Made by a program: the position numbers and the translations under genes. From Elusimicrobiota bacterium (GTDB lineage: Bacteria > Elusimicrobiota > Endomicrobiia > CG1-02-37-114 > JAHJSO01): a DNA stretch of 64,000 nt. Every line of letters starts with the position of its first letter. Within the stretch, counting starts at the first letter, position 1. A model generated the notes under the pieces. That model made no database searches. It had not been told where the DNA came from and was given only the letters and a program-made list of their open reading frames with translations. The stretch is taken from the NCBI GenBank assembly GCA_043826435.1, contig JBDRQF010000007.1, forward strand, positions 11,724 through 75,723, in the 5' to 3' direction. Shown here one piece after another: positions 27,521 through 39,962 of the stretch.

Positions 27521-30169
27521 CTACCCGGTATGATTATTGTTGTTCACTTCTCCGATTATGTGGGCTATACCGGCGAGTTTATCCTCTTCCCCAAGACGGA
27601 CAAGCCGCACACCCTGGACGTTTCTTCCTATAACCGAAATATCGTTAACCGGCTGCCGTATGGTAATCCCGCCGGAGGTAATCAGCATAAGGTCGTCGCC
27701 CGGATTCGCCTTTTTTATTCCGACTACCTTACCGTTCCTGTTGGTCGTCTTTATGTTTATTACTCCCTTGCCGCCCCGCGACTGCAGGCGGTATTTGGAA
27801 ATCGCCGTCCGCTTGCCGTAACCGTTCTCACAGGCGGTCAGTAAAATATCTTCCGACGTCACCGCCTCCATACCCACCACCTCATCGCCCTTACCAAGGC
27901 GGATACCCCGGACCCCCTGCGTCGCCCTGCCCATACTTCTTATGTCCGTCTCCTTAAACCGTATTGATATGCCGTCTCTGGTCGCAATGATAACCTCGCT
28001 CTTGGCCGTCGTGCGCTTTACGGATATTAACGTATCGCCGGGATGCAGTTTTATGCCTATTATTCCGCTCTTGCGTATGTCGGAATAATCTCCCAGTTCC
28101 GTCTTTTTTACAAGCCCCTGCCGGGTGCACATCAGAAGGAATGATTTTCCCTCTTCTTCAAATGATTTTATCGGGATAGACGCTGTTATTTTTTCGTCGG
28201 CCGAGAGTTGCATAAGGTTCACAATCGCCTTGCCTTTTGAAATCCTTGAGCCCTCGGGTATCTCAAATACCCTCATGGAATACACCTTGCCCTTGTTCGT
28301 AAAGAACAGCATGTGGGCGTGGGTGTTGCTGACAAACATGTCCTCTATGAAATCCTCTTCCCTCGTGGTCATACCCGTTACGCCTCTACCGCCGCGGTGC
28401 TGCGCCCTGTAGGTTGAAATTGGTATTCTCTTGACATATCCCGCATGTGAAAGCAGAACCGCCACATCCTCTTCCTGGATGAGGTCTTCTATGTCCATCT
28501 CTACCAATTGGGCCTGTATCTTTGTGCGTCTCTCGTCCCCGTATTTTTCCTTCACTTCCTTCAGTTCCTGCTGGATAATGCCCGTTACCTTTTTGGGGTC
28601 CGCCAGCACTGATTTAAGCCGCTCAATGGTTTTGATAAGTTCAAGGTATTCGTCTTCAATCTTTTTCCTTTCAAGTCCCGTCAGCTGGTGCAGGCGCATG
28701 TCAAGTATGGACTGTGCCTGTATTTTTGTGAAACCAAATTCGTCCATAATCGCCGCGCGCGCCGCATCCACGTCCTTTGACTCTTTTATTATTTTGATGA
28801 TTTTATTCAGGTTCTCAATCGCAATCCTTAACCCCTCAACGATGTGCGCCCTGTTCTCCGCCTTCTCAAGTTCAAACCTTGTCCTGCGGACAACTATTTC
28901 CCTCCGGTGATCAGTGTAACACTGCATCATGTCCTTCATTGGAAGGACACGCGGCCGTCCGCCCACGAGGGCCAGCATGATCACGCCGAATGAAGTTTCA
29001 AGTTGCGTGTGCTTAAACAACTGGTTCAGCACGATGTTGGCGTTGCCGTCGCGTTTTACTTCTATAACGACCCGGATGCCGTCCCTGTCGCTCTCGTCCC
29101 TGATGTCCGAGATATCTTCCAGTTTCTTCTCTCTTACCAGTCCCGCTATTGTCTCAAGCAACTGCGCCTTGTTCACCTGGTAGGGGAGTTCCCCTACAAT
29201 TATCGCCTGCCTGCCTCCCTTTATATCCTCTATTTCCGCCTTCGCCCTGATTTTAAAACTCCCCCTGCCGGTTTCAAAATAGTCCTTTATTCCCTGCCTG
29301 CCGCATATAATGCCTGCCGTCGGGAAATCAGGCCCTTTTATTATCTTCATAAGTTCCTTGATATCAATGTCCGGGGTTTCCATATACGCAAGAATGCCGT
29401 CAACGACTTCACTCAGGTTGTGAGCCGGGATGTTTGTAGCCATGCCGACGGCAATCCCGGAAGAGCCGTTTACCAGCAGGTTCGGGAGTTTTGAAGGGAG
29501 TACCAGCGGTTCCGTAAGAGAGTTGTCGTAGTTCGGCCCGAAGTCAACCGTGTTTCTGTCAATGTCGCCTAAAATTTCTTCCGATATCTGCTGCAGGCGG
29601 ACCTCCGTGTAACGCATGGCAGCCGGCGGGTCGTTGTCAATTGAACCGAAATTTCCCTGGCCGTCAACCAGCGTATAACGAAGGGAAAAATCCTGCGCCA
29701 TCCTGACCATTGAATCATATACGGCAACGTCGCCGTGCGGGTGAAATTTCCCGAGACACTCGCCCACCACGCGGGCTGACTTTTTATGTGCGGTGCTGTG
29801 GCGCAATCCCATTTCTTTCATCGTGTAGAGTATGCGGCGGTGTACCGGTTTGAGCCCGTCCCTGACGTCAGGCAGGGCACGGCCGACGATAACGCTCATT
29901 GCGTAGTCAATGTAAGACGTTTTCATCTCGTCTTCTATGTTACGGGGGTAGATACGCTCGCCCAGGGCAAGTTGAACGCCGTCTGGGGGGATTTTCGTGA
30001 CATCGGATTTCTTGTCTGCGGGCGGGGTCTGAGCGTCTGGCTGGCGGCCGTTCTCGGCGGACTGATTTTCTGCCCGGGGTTTGTCTGTCTGCGGTTTCTC
30101 TGTCAGGTGTTTGTCGGGCCGAAGTGCGTCCGTATTATCTGATTTTTTTCTCGGTCGTCCTCGTGGCAT
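27521..30169 (-). CDS. gyrA: DNA gyrase subunit A with ~65-aa N-terminal extension
   Basis: [20 protein letters not shown], GyrA-box QHRGGRG; AAAGGA RBS upstream. Confidence 0.97.
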   Translation of the reverse strand: MPRGRPRKKSDNTDALRPDKHLTEKPQTDKPRAENQSAENGRQPDAQTPPADKKSDVTKIPPDGVQLALGERIYPRNIEDEMKTSYIDYAMSVIVGRALPDVRDGLKPVHRRILYTMKEMGLRHSTAHKKSARVVGECLGKFHPHGDVAVYDSMVRMAQDFSLRYTLVDGQGNFGSIDNDPPAAMRYTEVRLQQISEEILGDIDRNTVDFGPNYDNSLTEPLVLPSKLPNLLVNGSSGIAVGMATNIPAHNLSEVVDGILAYMETPDIDIKELMKIIKGPDFPTAGIICGRQGIKDYFETGRGSFKIRAKAEIEDIKGGRQAIIVGELPYQVNKAQLLETIAGLVREKKLEDISDIRDESDRDGIRVVIEVKRDGNANIVLNQLFKHTQLETSFGVIMLALVGGRPRVLPMKDMMQCYTDHRREIVVRRTRFELEKAENRAHIVEGLRIAIENLNKIIKIIKESKDVDAARAAIMDEFGFTKIQAQSILDMRLHQLTGLERKKIEDEYLELIKTIERLKSVLADPKKVTGIIQQELKEVKEKYGDERRTKIQAQLVEMDIEDLIQEEDVAVLLSHAGYVKRIPISTYRAQHRGGRGVTGMTTREEDFIEDMFVSNTHAHMLFFTNKGKVYSMRVFEIPEGSRISKGKAIVNLMQLSADEKITASIPIKSFEEEGKSFLLMCTRQGLVKKTELGDYSDIRKSGIIGIKLHPGDTLISVKRTTAKSEVIIATRDGISIRFKETDIRSMGRATQGVRGIRLGKGDEVVGMEAVTSEDILLTACENGYGKRTAISKYRLQSRGGKGVINIKTTNRNGKVVGIKKANPGDDLMLITSGGITIRQPVNDISVIGRNVQGVRLVRLGEEDKLAGIAHIIGEVNNNNHTG

Positions 30170-30216
30170 TTGTGAAGTTCCTTTCTAAGGTATATCTCTC
30201 GGCATTTTAGTTTCTT

Positions 30217-30441
30217 TCAAAAGTTTAAATAAAATTCCTTTGTCTTTTTGCAAATATCTTTTAAAAACTCTTTTTTTCTTTTATCGTCTGCTCCTGCATA
30301 ATCAATGAGTAAACCCCTCAACCCAAAAAGCAATTCTCCCCTTAGCAAATCCTTTCCTTTATATGGTGTACTCTTTGGCTTATTATAAATTACCTCGTTG
30401 CGCATAAAATTCCATTCTTTGCTTTTATTCAGATTTTCCAT
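30217..30441 (-). CDS. Small hypothetical protein in the R-M cassette
   Basis: 74 aa; start abuts the upstream MTase stop; AT-rich like the cassette. Confidence 0.55.
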   Translation of the reverse strand: MENLNKSKEWNFMRNEVIYNKPKSTPYKGKDLLRGELLFGLRGLLIDYAGADDKRKKEFLKDICKKTKEFYLNF

Positions 30442-31155
30442 TTATCTTGGTCTCTTCCGTTTTTCCGGTTTTCGCATAATGAACAAATACTTAAAACCCC
30501 TCAAATAAAAATTGTGTTCTCTTGCTAAATTGTGCCAGAGAGGCGTATTTGATGTTTGATTCTTTCTCGTTATACAAACAATGTCCATCGTGTCAAAATA
30601 TTTAGAAAGCATCTGATATAACTTAAAACCAACCGGTGTAAATTTTTTCTTTTTCCACTGGTCTCCAATAAGCCATGCCATAACTTTTCCATATTTCAGA
30701 ACACGAAATATTTCTTTTGTAGCTTTTTCTAATTCTTCAAAGAACTTTTCTTTTTCACAAGAAATCTTACCAATGCATGCGGGTTCATTGGAGTATTTTA
30801 TATTATCCGAATATGGTGAATCGATAAAAACAAAATCCACTGAATTATCTTTTAATGGAATTTTTCTGGTATCATTTTTAATGATATCTTCTCTATAAGG
30901 TGCGATATCATATCCAACTGCCCTTCTTTCAAGTTCTTTTGCTACATCAATTGTTGTTCCACTTCCGCACATCGGGTCAACAACCAAATCGCCTTCTTTT
31001 GTGTATCTCTGTAATAAGTTCCAAATAATAAAAGCAGGGGTAACTCCATTGAATTTATTGTTTCCGTGCGGCTTATCGCCATAATTTTGCCTTGGAAAAT
31101 CCCAAAGAGTAGTGGATTCTAATATTAATTGATTTTTTATTTTTTCTTGAACCAT
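30442..31155 (-). CDS. Small amino-methyltransferase (N4-C/N6-A class)
   Basis: VDPMCGSGTT SAM motif; FIDSPY catalytic-like motif. Confidence 0.8.
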   Translation of the reverse strand: MVQEKIKNQLILESTTLWDFPRQNYGDKPHGNNKFNGVTPAFIIWNLLQRYTKEGDLVVDPMCGSGTTIDVAKELERRAVGYDIAPYREDIIKNDTRKIPLKDNSVDFVFIDSPYSDNIKYSNEPACIGKISCEKEKFFEELEKATKEIFRVLKYGKVMAWLIGDQWKKKKFTPVGFKLYQMLSKYFDTMDIVCITRKNQTSNTPLWHNLAREHNFYLRGFKYLFIMRKPEKRKRPR

Positions 31156-31856
31156 TTGTCAAAAATTGAATCCAAATCATCAAAAATTTTATTAAAATGT
31201 TTTACTTTTTTGCTCTCTGGAATCTCTTTAAAAATATATGCTCCATCCAATTCGCCGAACTCAACTATTATTCTATTTCTACTAATATCCTTACCAACAT
31301 CTTTGAAATCATCATCTTTATCAGATGAAACTAAATAACACACTATATTTTTAGTAATATTCCCACTTTGTAATTTTATTTTCCAATACGCAGCCTGTGC
31401 AACCCTTTCCCTCAAACTTGCTTTACAAGAAAGCACTGCAATAACTTTAAAGTTTAATTTATCATAAATAATTATATCAGCATCGGGTACGATAGAATAA
31501 TTTGCATAAAGAATTTCAATATTTTTCCTTACTTTCTCCAATTCAGGACTAAGTTTATCTCTTCTTAGAGTATCGTCATTTGTAACAGCGGCCATGTCAT
31601 TCTTTGCATCTTTTATAAAATCTTCAACAATGTAATAAATTAACTTCTGGAAATTTTTTCCACTCCAAGCATTCCAAGATTGATTAGCATCTTTGCCTTG
31701 CTTTTTAGCCCTTTTTATATATTTATCATGGATATCAGAAAAAATATTAGCAACAAATCCAAAATCATTCTTACCAGCCAATGATTTCTTTTCCTTATAA
31801 ATTTCTTCTACTTCTTTGAATGTTATCACGGGTGGTCCCCTTTTTTTCTTCTTCAT
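31137..31856 (-). CDS. Type II restriction endonuclease, BsaWI-like
   Basis: PDADIIIY...AVLSCKASLRERVAQ PD-(D/E)xK variant; flanked by MTases. Confidence 0.75.
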   Translation of the reverse strand: MKKKKRGPPVITFKEVEEIYKEKKSLAGKNDFGFVANIFSDIHDKYIKRAKKQGKDANQSWNAWSGKNFQKLIYYIVEDFIKDAKNDMAAVTNDDTLRRDKLSPELEKVRKNIEILYANYSIVPDADIIIYDKLNFKVIAVLSCKASLRERVAQAAYWKIKLQSGNITKNIVCYLVSSDKDDDFKDVGKDISRNRIIVEFGELDGAYIFKEIPESKKVKHFNKIFDDLDSIFDKWFKKK

Positions 31857-33163
31857 ACTTTCTCCATTATAATTATGTATTCAGTCGGATATGCTAATAT
31901 TTTTTTGTGATTACTTGACGAAGTAAACTGTCCTGTTTTAGGGTCGCGGGTTGAAGGTAAATTTTTTGAGGGAATTTCTCTTTTTATTATTTTATGAATT
32001 TCAAAACCAATGTTTTGCATTTGCTCCGCAAAGACCTCTGCATTTGGAACATCTACACCACAAAATGAGGTATCTCCAATAACTATGCACGCCTTACCTC
32101 CAACTCTTAATACACGGTACATCTCAATAAAACATTCTCTCATTTCCCCAAAATACATTGCCACTTCTTCGCTTTTTTTACTGTCTTTTTCTTTTAATTT
32201 TTTTATACAAGTCCGTCCTATCTCACTATCAATTTCCAAATTTCTTTTATTATGATGTGCCGTCCCAATAAATTTTTTTCTAAATTCCGTTAAACTATCG
32301 GTATATTCAAGCCATAACGCTGTCAATTGATGTAAGTCAGCATATTCATAAGATGTTACATAGGGTGGCGAAGTAACTACTAAACTTGCTTTTTCATCCT
32401 CAACAGGAAGTTTTCTTGCATCCTGACATTTTACAACAGCCCCGCACCCATTTGGTATTGTAGCATAAAATTCGGCATTTTTTTTCATCATAGACCTTAT
32501 TTGTTTTTTGAAAACTTCTATCGGCTCTGTCGGTACCTTATCAAAATCCCTTGTTGGTTTATTGCTTTTCTGAAGCCATATTGAACAATTTTTAAGAATA
32601 TTTGAAAACCCACATAAAAAAAACATTTTAATTCCACAATTTTTTATCTTATTTATATTTGAAAAAATAACTGCTAATTTCTCTTTTGTTCTCTTTGGAA
32701 ACCAATAATCAATTCTTTCATTTTGAGGTAATTTAACGTTTTTTGTCTTCTCAATATTTACAAGTAAAGAATCAAATTCTACTGCTACTTTATCGGGTTT
32801 TATTGGAATTGTTTTTGCTTTTGATATCAACCATGCAACAAGATTTATATCAACACCAATACCAATTCGTTCTGACATTATTGCTTCAACTACTGTTGTC
32901 CCGGAACCCATAAACGGGTCAACTACAATATTACCAACATTTGTATATTCCTCTATTAGCCGTCTTGCAAGTTGAGGAATAAACTTTGCTGGATAACGAT
33001 GATAGCCATGAGTAATATAAGCAGTATCCTTACGGGTACAATCTGAAAATGACCAGGTATAATCAACTCTTGTTTTAGCAAACAATTTTAATATATCAAA
33101 CGATAATAATTTGGCTTTTTTGGAAATATTTAAAGTTGTGTCTGTTGGATAATTATTTAACAT
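31853..33163 (-). CDS. DNA methyltransferase (probably N4-cytosine; motif I before motif IV)
   Basis: HRYPAKFIPQL, DPFMGSGTT, TSPPY. Confidence 0.88.
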   Translation of the reverse strand: MLNNYPTDTTLNISKKAKLLSFDILKLFAKTRVDYTWSFSDCTRKDTAYITHGYHRYPAKFIPQLARRLIEEYTNVGNIVVDPFMGSGTTVVEAIMSERIGIGVDINLVAWLISKAKTIPIKPDKVAVEFDSLLVNIEKTKNVKLPQNERIDYWFPKRTKEKLAVIFSNINKIKNCGIKMFFLCGFSNILKNCSIWLQKSNKPTRDFDKVPTEPIEVFKKQIRSMMKKNAEFYATIPNGCGAVVKCQDARKLPVEDEKASLVVTSPPYVTSYEYADLHQLTALWLEYTDSLTEFRKKFIGTAHHNKRNLEIDSEIGRTCIKKLKEKDSKKSEEVAMYFGEMRECFIEMYRVLRVGGKACIVIGDTSFCGVDVPNAEVFAEQMQNIGFEIHKIIKREIPSKNLPSTRDPKTGQFTSSSNHKKILAYPTEYIIIMEKV

Positions 33164-33167
33164 TTTT

Positions 33168-35938
<2,771 letters not shown>

Positions 35939-35946
35939 TGGACTAT

Positions 35947-37059
35947 TTATACCCTCATCGGCATTATAACGTTCAGATAATTTTCGTCTCCCACCGCTTT
36001 CACAACGCACGCATCAATGGGGCCGTTAATTTCAAATATAACCTCCTGCTCCGAAATATTCTTCAGTATGTCTATTATAAAAATATGGTTAAAAGCAATT
36101 TCCAATGGCGGGGCGGAGTAGTCAATTTCTATTTCAACGTCCGCGCTACCCAGTTCTTGCGTCTTTGTTGAGACGTTCAGCAGGTTTTTGTCAAATGCAA
36201 ATTTTACAGACCCGCCTTTTTCCTGCGTAAGGAGAGCGACCTGCCTGGTCGCTTGGAGAAGGTCTTTCGACTTCACCTTAATTGTTTGCTGGCATTTCTT
36301 TGGAATCACCTGTTCATAATTCGGGAAATTGCCTTCAAGCAGGCGCGATATAAGGGTGATGTCTTCCGTCTGAAACGACGCCTGGTTTCCCGTAATGCTG
36401 ATTTTTATTTCATTGCTGTCCCCGATTGAAAGTATCCTGACAAGTTCATTGGTCGCTTTTGAAGGGATTATCGCTTTTGAAATCGTCTTGCTCCCTTTTG
36501 CGGGCCTCGTAATGTAAGAGAGCCGTTTACCGTCGGTGGCGACAAATATTATCTTCTCCGATTCAATTATTATGTATATGCCAGTCAGGATATACCTCGT
36601 GTCGTCCATTGATGCGGCAAAGGATATTTTCTTTATCATTTCTTTCATTGTTTCCGTTTCAACCGTAATTGCTTTTTCTTCTACGAACCCGGGGAGCGTC
36701 GGGAACTGTTCTATTGCGGTGCCGAAAAGCACAAAATGCGATTTACCCGCCCTGATGTCTATCTGGTTCTTCTCATCAACCTTAAGTTCTATTTTATCGT
36801 TCTTGTCAGGCAGTTCCTTTATTATGTTTGCAAACTTTTTTGCAGGGATGGTTACCCCGCCCTCTTTTTTTATGTCGGTTGCGACGTAACATCGCACGGC
36901 AATTTCAAGGTCAGTCGTGACGAGTTTTAGCCGGTTGCTTTCTTTTTCGGTCTCAAGGAGTATGTTTGCAAGGACCGGTAAGGTTACTCTTGAAGAAACT
37001 GCCGCTTCCACGATCTGAATGCCTTTAAGTAATTCTTCCCTGTTACAGATGAGATGCAT
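35947..37059 (-). CDS. dnaN: DNA polymerase III beta clamp
   Basis: TDLEIA, ATDGKRL, SRLLEGNFPNY, IMPMR. Confidence 0.96.
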   Translation of the reverse strand: MHLICNREELLKGIQIVEAAVSSRVTLPVLANILLETEKESNRLKLVTTDLEIAVRCYVATDIKKEGGVTIPAKKFANIIKELPDKNDKIELKVDEKNQIDIRAGKSHFVLFGTAIEQFPTLPGFVEEKAITVETETMKEMIKKISFAASMDDTRYILTGIYIIIESEKIIFVATDGKRLSYITRPAKGSKTISKAIIPSKATNELVRILSIGDSNEIKISITGNQASFQTEDITLISRLLEGNFPNYEQVIPKKCQQTIKVKSKDLLQATRQVALLTQEKGGSVKFAFDKNLLNVSTKTQELGSADVEIEIDYSAPPLEIAFNHIFIIDILKNISEQEVIFEINGPIDACVVKAVGDENYLNVIMPMRV

Positions 37060-37067
37060 TTTAGACT

Positions 37068-37209
37068 CCCCAAGCGTGCGTTAATTGGTTAGTGCTTTCG
37101 CAACGCTTTTTAAGTTGGTAATAACAATTAATAAAACATTCATTTGGTTGTTTATTTCGCCCCAAGCGTGCGTTAATTGGTTAGTGCTTTCGCAACGCTT
37201 TTTAAGTTG
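37068..37209. repeat. Two identical 50-bp direct repeats separated by 42 bp
   Basis: CCCCAAGCGTGCGTTAATTGGTTAGTGCTTTCGCAACGCTTTTTAAGTTG at 37068-37117 and 37160-37209. Confidence 0.92.
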
Positions 37210-37224
37210 AATATTTTCGCTCTA

Positions 37225-37470
37225 TTTTTTGTTTTCATATATCTTTTATTATTATATATATAGTAGTCGTATATAGTAGTATGACTGAATTTGTGTGAAA
37301 CTTCTGCGAAGTTTTAAAAATAAGTCAAAAATGTATGCAAAAGCCCGCACAATGAAAGTATAACTTAAAGTGGAAAACCCTCCGGACTTATTCACACTAT
37401 TCCTCAAGGAATCCCTCTGTCCACCGTTTTGCAAAGTTATTAACCTGGTATTAACAAAAGGAATATTACC
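37225..37470. other. Probable oriC unwinding subregion (DnaA boxes, DnaA-trios, AT-rich tract)
   Basis: TTATTCACA at 37388-37396; TGTGTGAAA at 37292-37300; TAG repeats at 37261-37281; adjacent AT tract. Confidence 0.7.
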
Positions 37471-37474
37471 CGGT

Positions 37475-38836
37475 TTAATCCTCGGATTTTATATCCTTTA
37501 TTATCATATTTATCTTTTCTGAAAAGAACGGGTTTGTTTTCACCAGTCCCTGAATCTTGTTACAGGCATGTAAAACAGTCGTATGATCCTTGCCCCCGAA
37601 ACACCCCCCTATTTCCTTGCTTGAAAGTTCAGTAAAATTTCTGGCAAGGTACATCGCTATCTGGCGGGGCAGGGCGATGGCATCCGTGCGTTTTCTGGAA
37701 CGCATATCCCTTGGGTCAATATGATAATGCCTGGAAACTATTTTCTGTATCTTTTCAGGGGTTATCGGTTTTTGCGTTTCTTCCCTGCTTATTATGTCGT
37801 TTATAATCTCCTTTGTCGTGTCCACGGTCAAAGGGGTGCCGGTAAGAGAGGAGAATGCCACTATTCTTATAAGGGAGCCCTCCAGTTTCCTTATGTTGGA
37901 TTTTATCTGACCGGCCAGGTAGAGTATTACGTCGTCGGGGACATAGATTTTTTCCACCTCCGCCTTTTTACGGAGTATTGCAATCCTGGTTTCAAGGTCG
38001 GGAGGTTTTATGTCCGCTATGACGCCCCATTCAAGGCGGCTCCGGAGGCGTTCTTCAACGTTTGCCAGTTCTTCCGGGGCCTGGTCGCTTGTTATTACTA
38101 TCTGTTTTTTCTCGTCGTACAGAGCGTTGAACGTGTAAAAAAATTCTTCCTGGGAACGCTGCTTGTCAACCAGAAACTGTATGTCGTCTATGAGGAGGCA
38201 GTCCAGTTTCCTGAACCTGTTCCTGAATGATGCTGGCTTGTCGTATTTCAGGGAGTCAATGAATTCGTTTATGAATTTTTCCGATGTGATGTAAAGGATT
38301 TTTGCTCTCGGGTTGTTCCGGAGGACCCTGTTGCCGATTGCGTGCAGGAGATGGGTCTTACCGAGTCCGACTCCGCCATAGATGAATATCGGGTTGTATT
38401 CTTTGCCGGGGTTGTTTGACGCAGCCAGGCAGGACGCCTTGGCGAACCTGTTTGAGGGACCTTCAACGAAGGTATCAAAAGTATATTTCTGGTTGAATGA
38501 TGTCTCTGCAAGCGGCATTACCTCGCTGATGTCTTCCGTAGGCGGTTCCTGCGCCGTTGTTTTTGATATTATTGAATCCAGTTCCTGCAGGTGTTTAAAC
38601 TCCAGTTCTGATTTTTGCCCGATAAGTTCAGTTATTATATTTTCAACGTTCTTCTTATGTTTCTGGACAAACCAGTCGGAAAAGAATTTATTTGGCGCCT
38701 GTATTATGAGTTTGTTTTCCGTAAGAGACAGGGGTTTGAGGGGTTTTATCCACAGGTCAAACGACTCCTTTGTTAACTGTTCAGTCAGGTAGTTTAAAAT
38801 TTTTTCCCAGACGGGATCAAGGGTTACGTTTTCCAT
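37475..38836 (-). CDS. dnaA: Chromosomal replication initiator DnaA
   Basis: GGVGLGKTHL, LIDDIQF, RLRSR, KDHTTV. Confidence 0.98.
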   Translation of the reverse strand: MENVTLDPVWEKILNYLTEQLTKESFDLWIKPLKPLSLTENKLIIQAPNKFFSDWFVQKHKKNVENIITELIGQKSELEFKHLQELDSIISKTTAQEPPTEDISEVMPLAETSFNQKYTFDTFVEGPSNRFAKASCLAASNNPGKEYNPIFIYGGVGLGKTHLLHAIGNRVLRNNPRAKILYITSEKFINEFIDSLKYDKPASFRNRFRKLDCLLIDDIQFLVDKQRSQEEFFYTFNALYDEKKQIVITSDQAPEELANVEERLRSRLEWGVIADIKPPDLETRIAILRKKAEVEKIYVPDDVILYLAGQIKSNIRKLEGSLIRIVAFSSLTGTPLTVDTTKEIINDIISREETQKPITPEKIQKIVSRHYHIDPRDMRSRKRTDAIALPRQIAMYLARNFTELSSKEIGGCFGGKDHTTVLHACNKIQGLVKTNPFFSEKINMIIKDIKSED

Positions 38837-38848
38837 GGCGTGGCCAAG

Positions 38849-38905
38849 TTATCCACAGGGTTATCCACACCGGTGGATAACTTATTGTGGAATACGTGTG
38901 AACAG
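38849..38905. promoter_or_regulatory. DnaA-box cluster upstream of dnaA
   Basis: TTATCCACA at 38849 and 38861; GGTGGATAA at 38872; weaker boxes at 38886 and 38897. Confidence 0.85.
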
Positions 38906-39059
38906 TTCTTTTATCTTTATTTGCTATATTTTGTTATATTTGTGTTAAATTGTTATGTATAGGACACAGAAAACGAACACGAAAGCCCTGCCGGCGCGTA
39001 TCCCGGTATGGAGAACGAACCGGTAATCAGGACCACAGAAAACATCTCCGGATAGTATA

Positions 39060-39962
39060 TCAAATTTTTCTTTTTAAGTCAAGAGATAGTGAAAAAAATT
39101 TTTCGGGAGAAATTTCTTCAGGCCTGGCGGATGGATTGATTTCGTTCCTTGCGAACGCTTCTCTCAGCAGTTGTTCAACGGGAACTCTTCCCGCAGCCGC
39201 AGGTAAAACCCATGGTGTCCGCAGGGATATCTTCAGGGAGTTAAGCATTGTTTTTCTCCTGTGGGTGAATGCGCCTCTGATTAATTTAAACATGACGCCG
39301 GAAACCGAGAGTTGCCGTTTTGAAAGCGGCCTGCGTTTCAGCATTATAACGGTTGAGTCAACCGACGGGACAGGACGAAAACAATGTCTTGAAACATTGA
39401 AAAGTTTTTTTGCTTCTGCATAAAAATGTACGAACAAGGTCAGTGAAGAATACTGTTTTGTCCCCGGTTTTGAGAATATCCTGTCTGCGAACTCTTTCTG
39501 GACCATAAATACGGCGACGGACCAGTTTTTCATCATCAGGACCTTTTCAATGATAGGGGATGAGATGTAATAGGGGAGATTTGAAATAAATTTTATACAG
39601 GGAGCGGGTGCGTGGCTATGCGACGTTGTTTTGCGGCTATAGGGTTGAAGGTGTTTTGCAAGCGCGCCTGTCTTTAGTTTAAGAAAATCCGAATTTATTA
39701 AAATGAAATTTTTGGAGATTTGAGAAATTTTTTTTTCAAGCAGGCGGCAGAGAGACGAATCTATTTCTATGGCGATGAGTTTTCCGGCTTTAGGCAGGAG
39801 CCGCTGCGTTAGCACCCCTTGTCCCGGGCCGATTTCTATAACGGTGTCTGATGGCGATATCTCTGCTGAATTAACAATTTTATCGGCGATGTTTGCGTCT
39901 ATCAGAAATGTCTGTCCGTATCTATTAATTTTTTCGCTGCCCCCCTTTTTCCCGCTGGTCAT
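39060..39962 (-). CDS. rsmA: 16S rRNA adenine dimethyltransferase
   Basis: [36 protein letters not shown]; start placed at MTSGKK. Confidence 0.92.
   Translation of the reverse strand: MTSGKKGGSEKINRYGQTFLIDANIADKIVNSAEISPSDTVIEIGPGQGVLTQRLLPKAGKLIAIEIDSSLCRLLEKKISQISKNFILINSDFLKLKTGALAKHLQPYSRKTTSHSHAPAPCIKFISNLPYYISSPIIEKVLMMKNWSVAVFMVQKEFADRIFSKPGTKQYSSLTLFVHFYAEAKKLFNVSRHCFRPVPSVDSTVIMLKRRPLSKRQLSVSGVMFKLIRGAFTHRRKTMLNSLKISLRTPWVLPAAAGRVPVEQLLREAFARNEINPSARPEEISPEKFFSLSLDLKRKI

Noticed and set aside
37068..37209. CRISPR array
   Set aside because: Only two repeats, 50 bp long, no cas genes in the window, and located in the dnaA-dnaN spacer.
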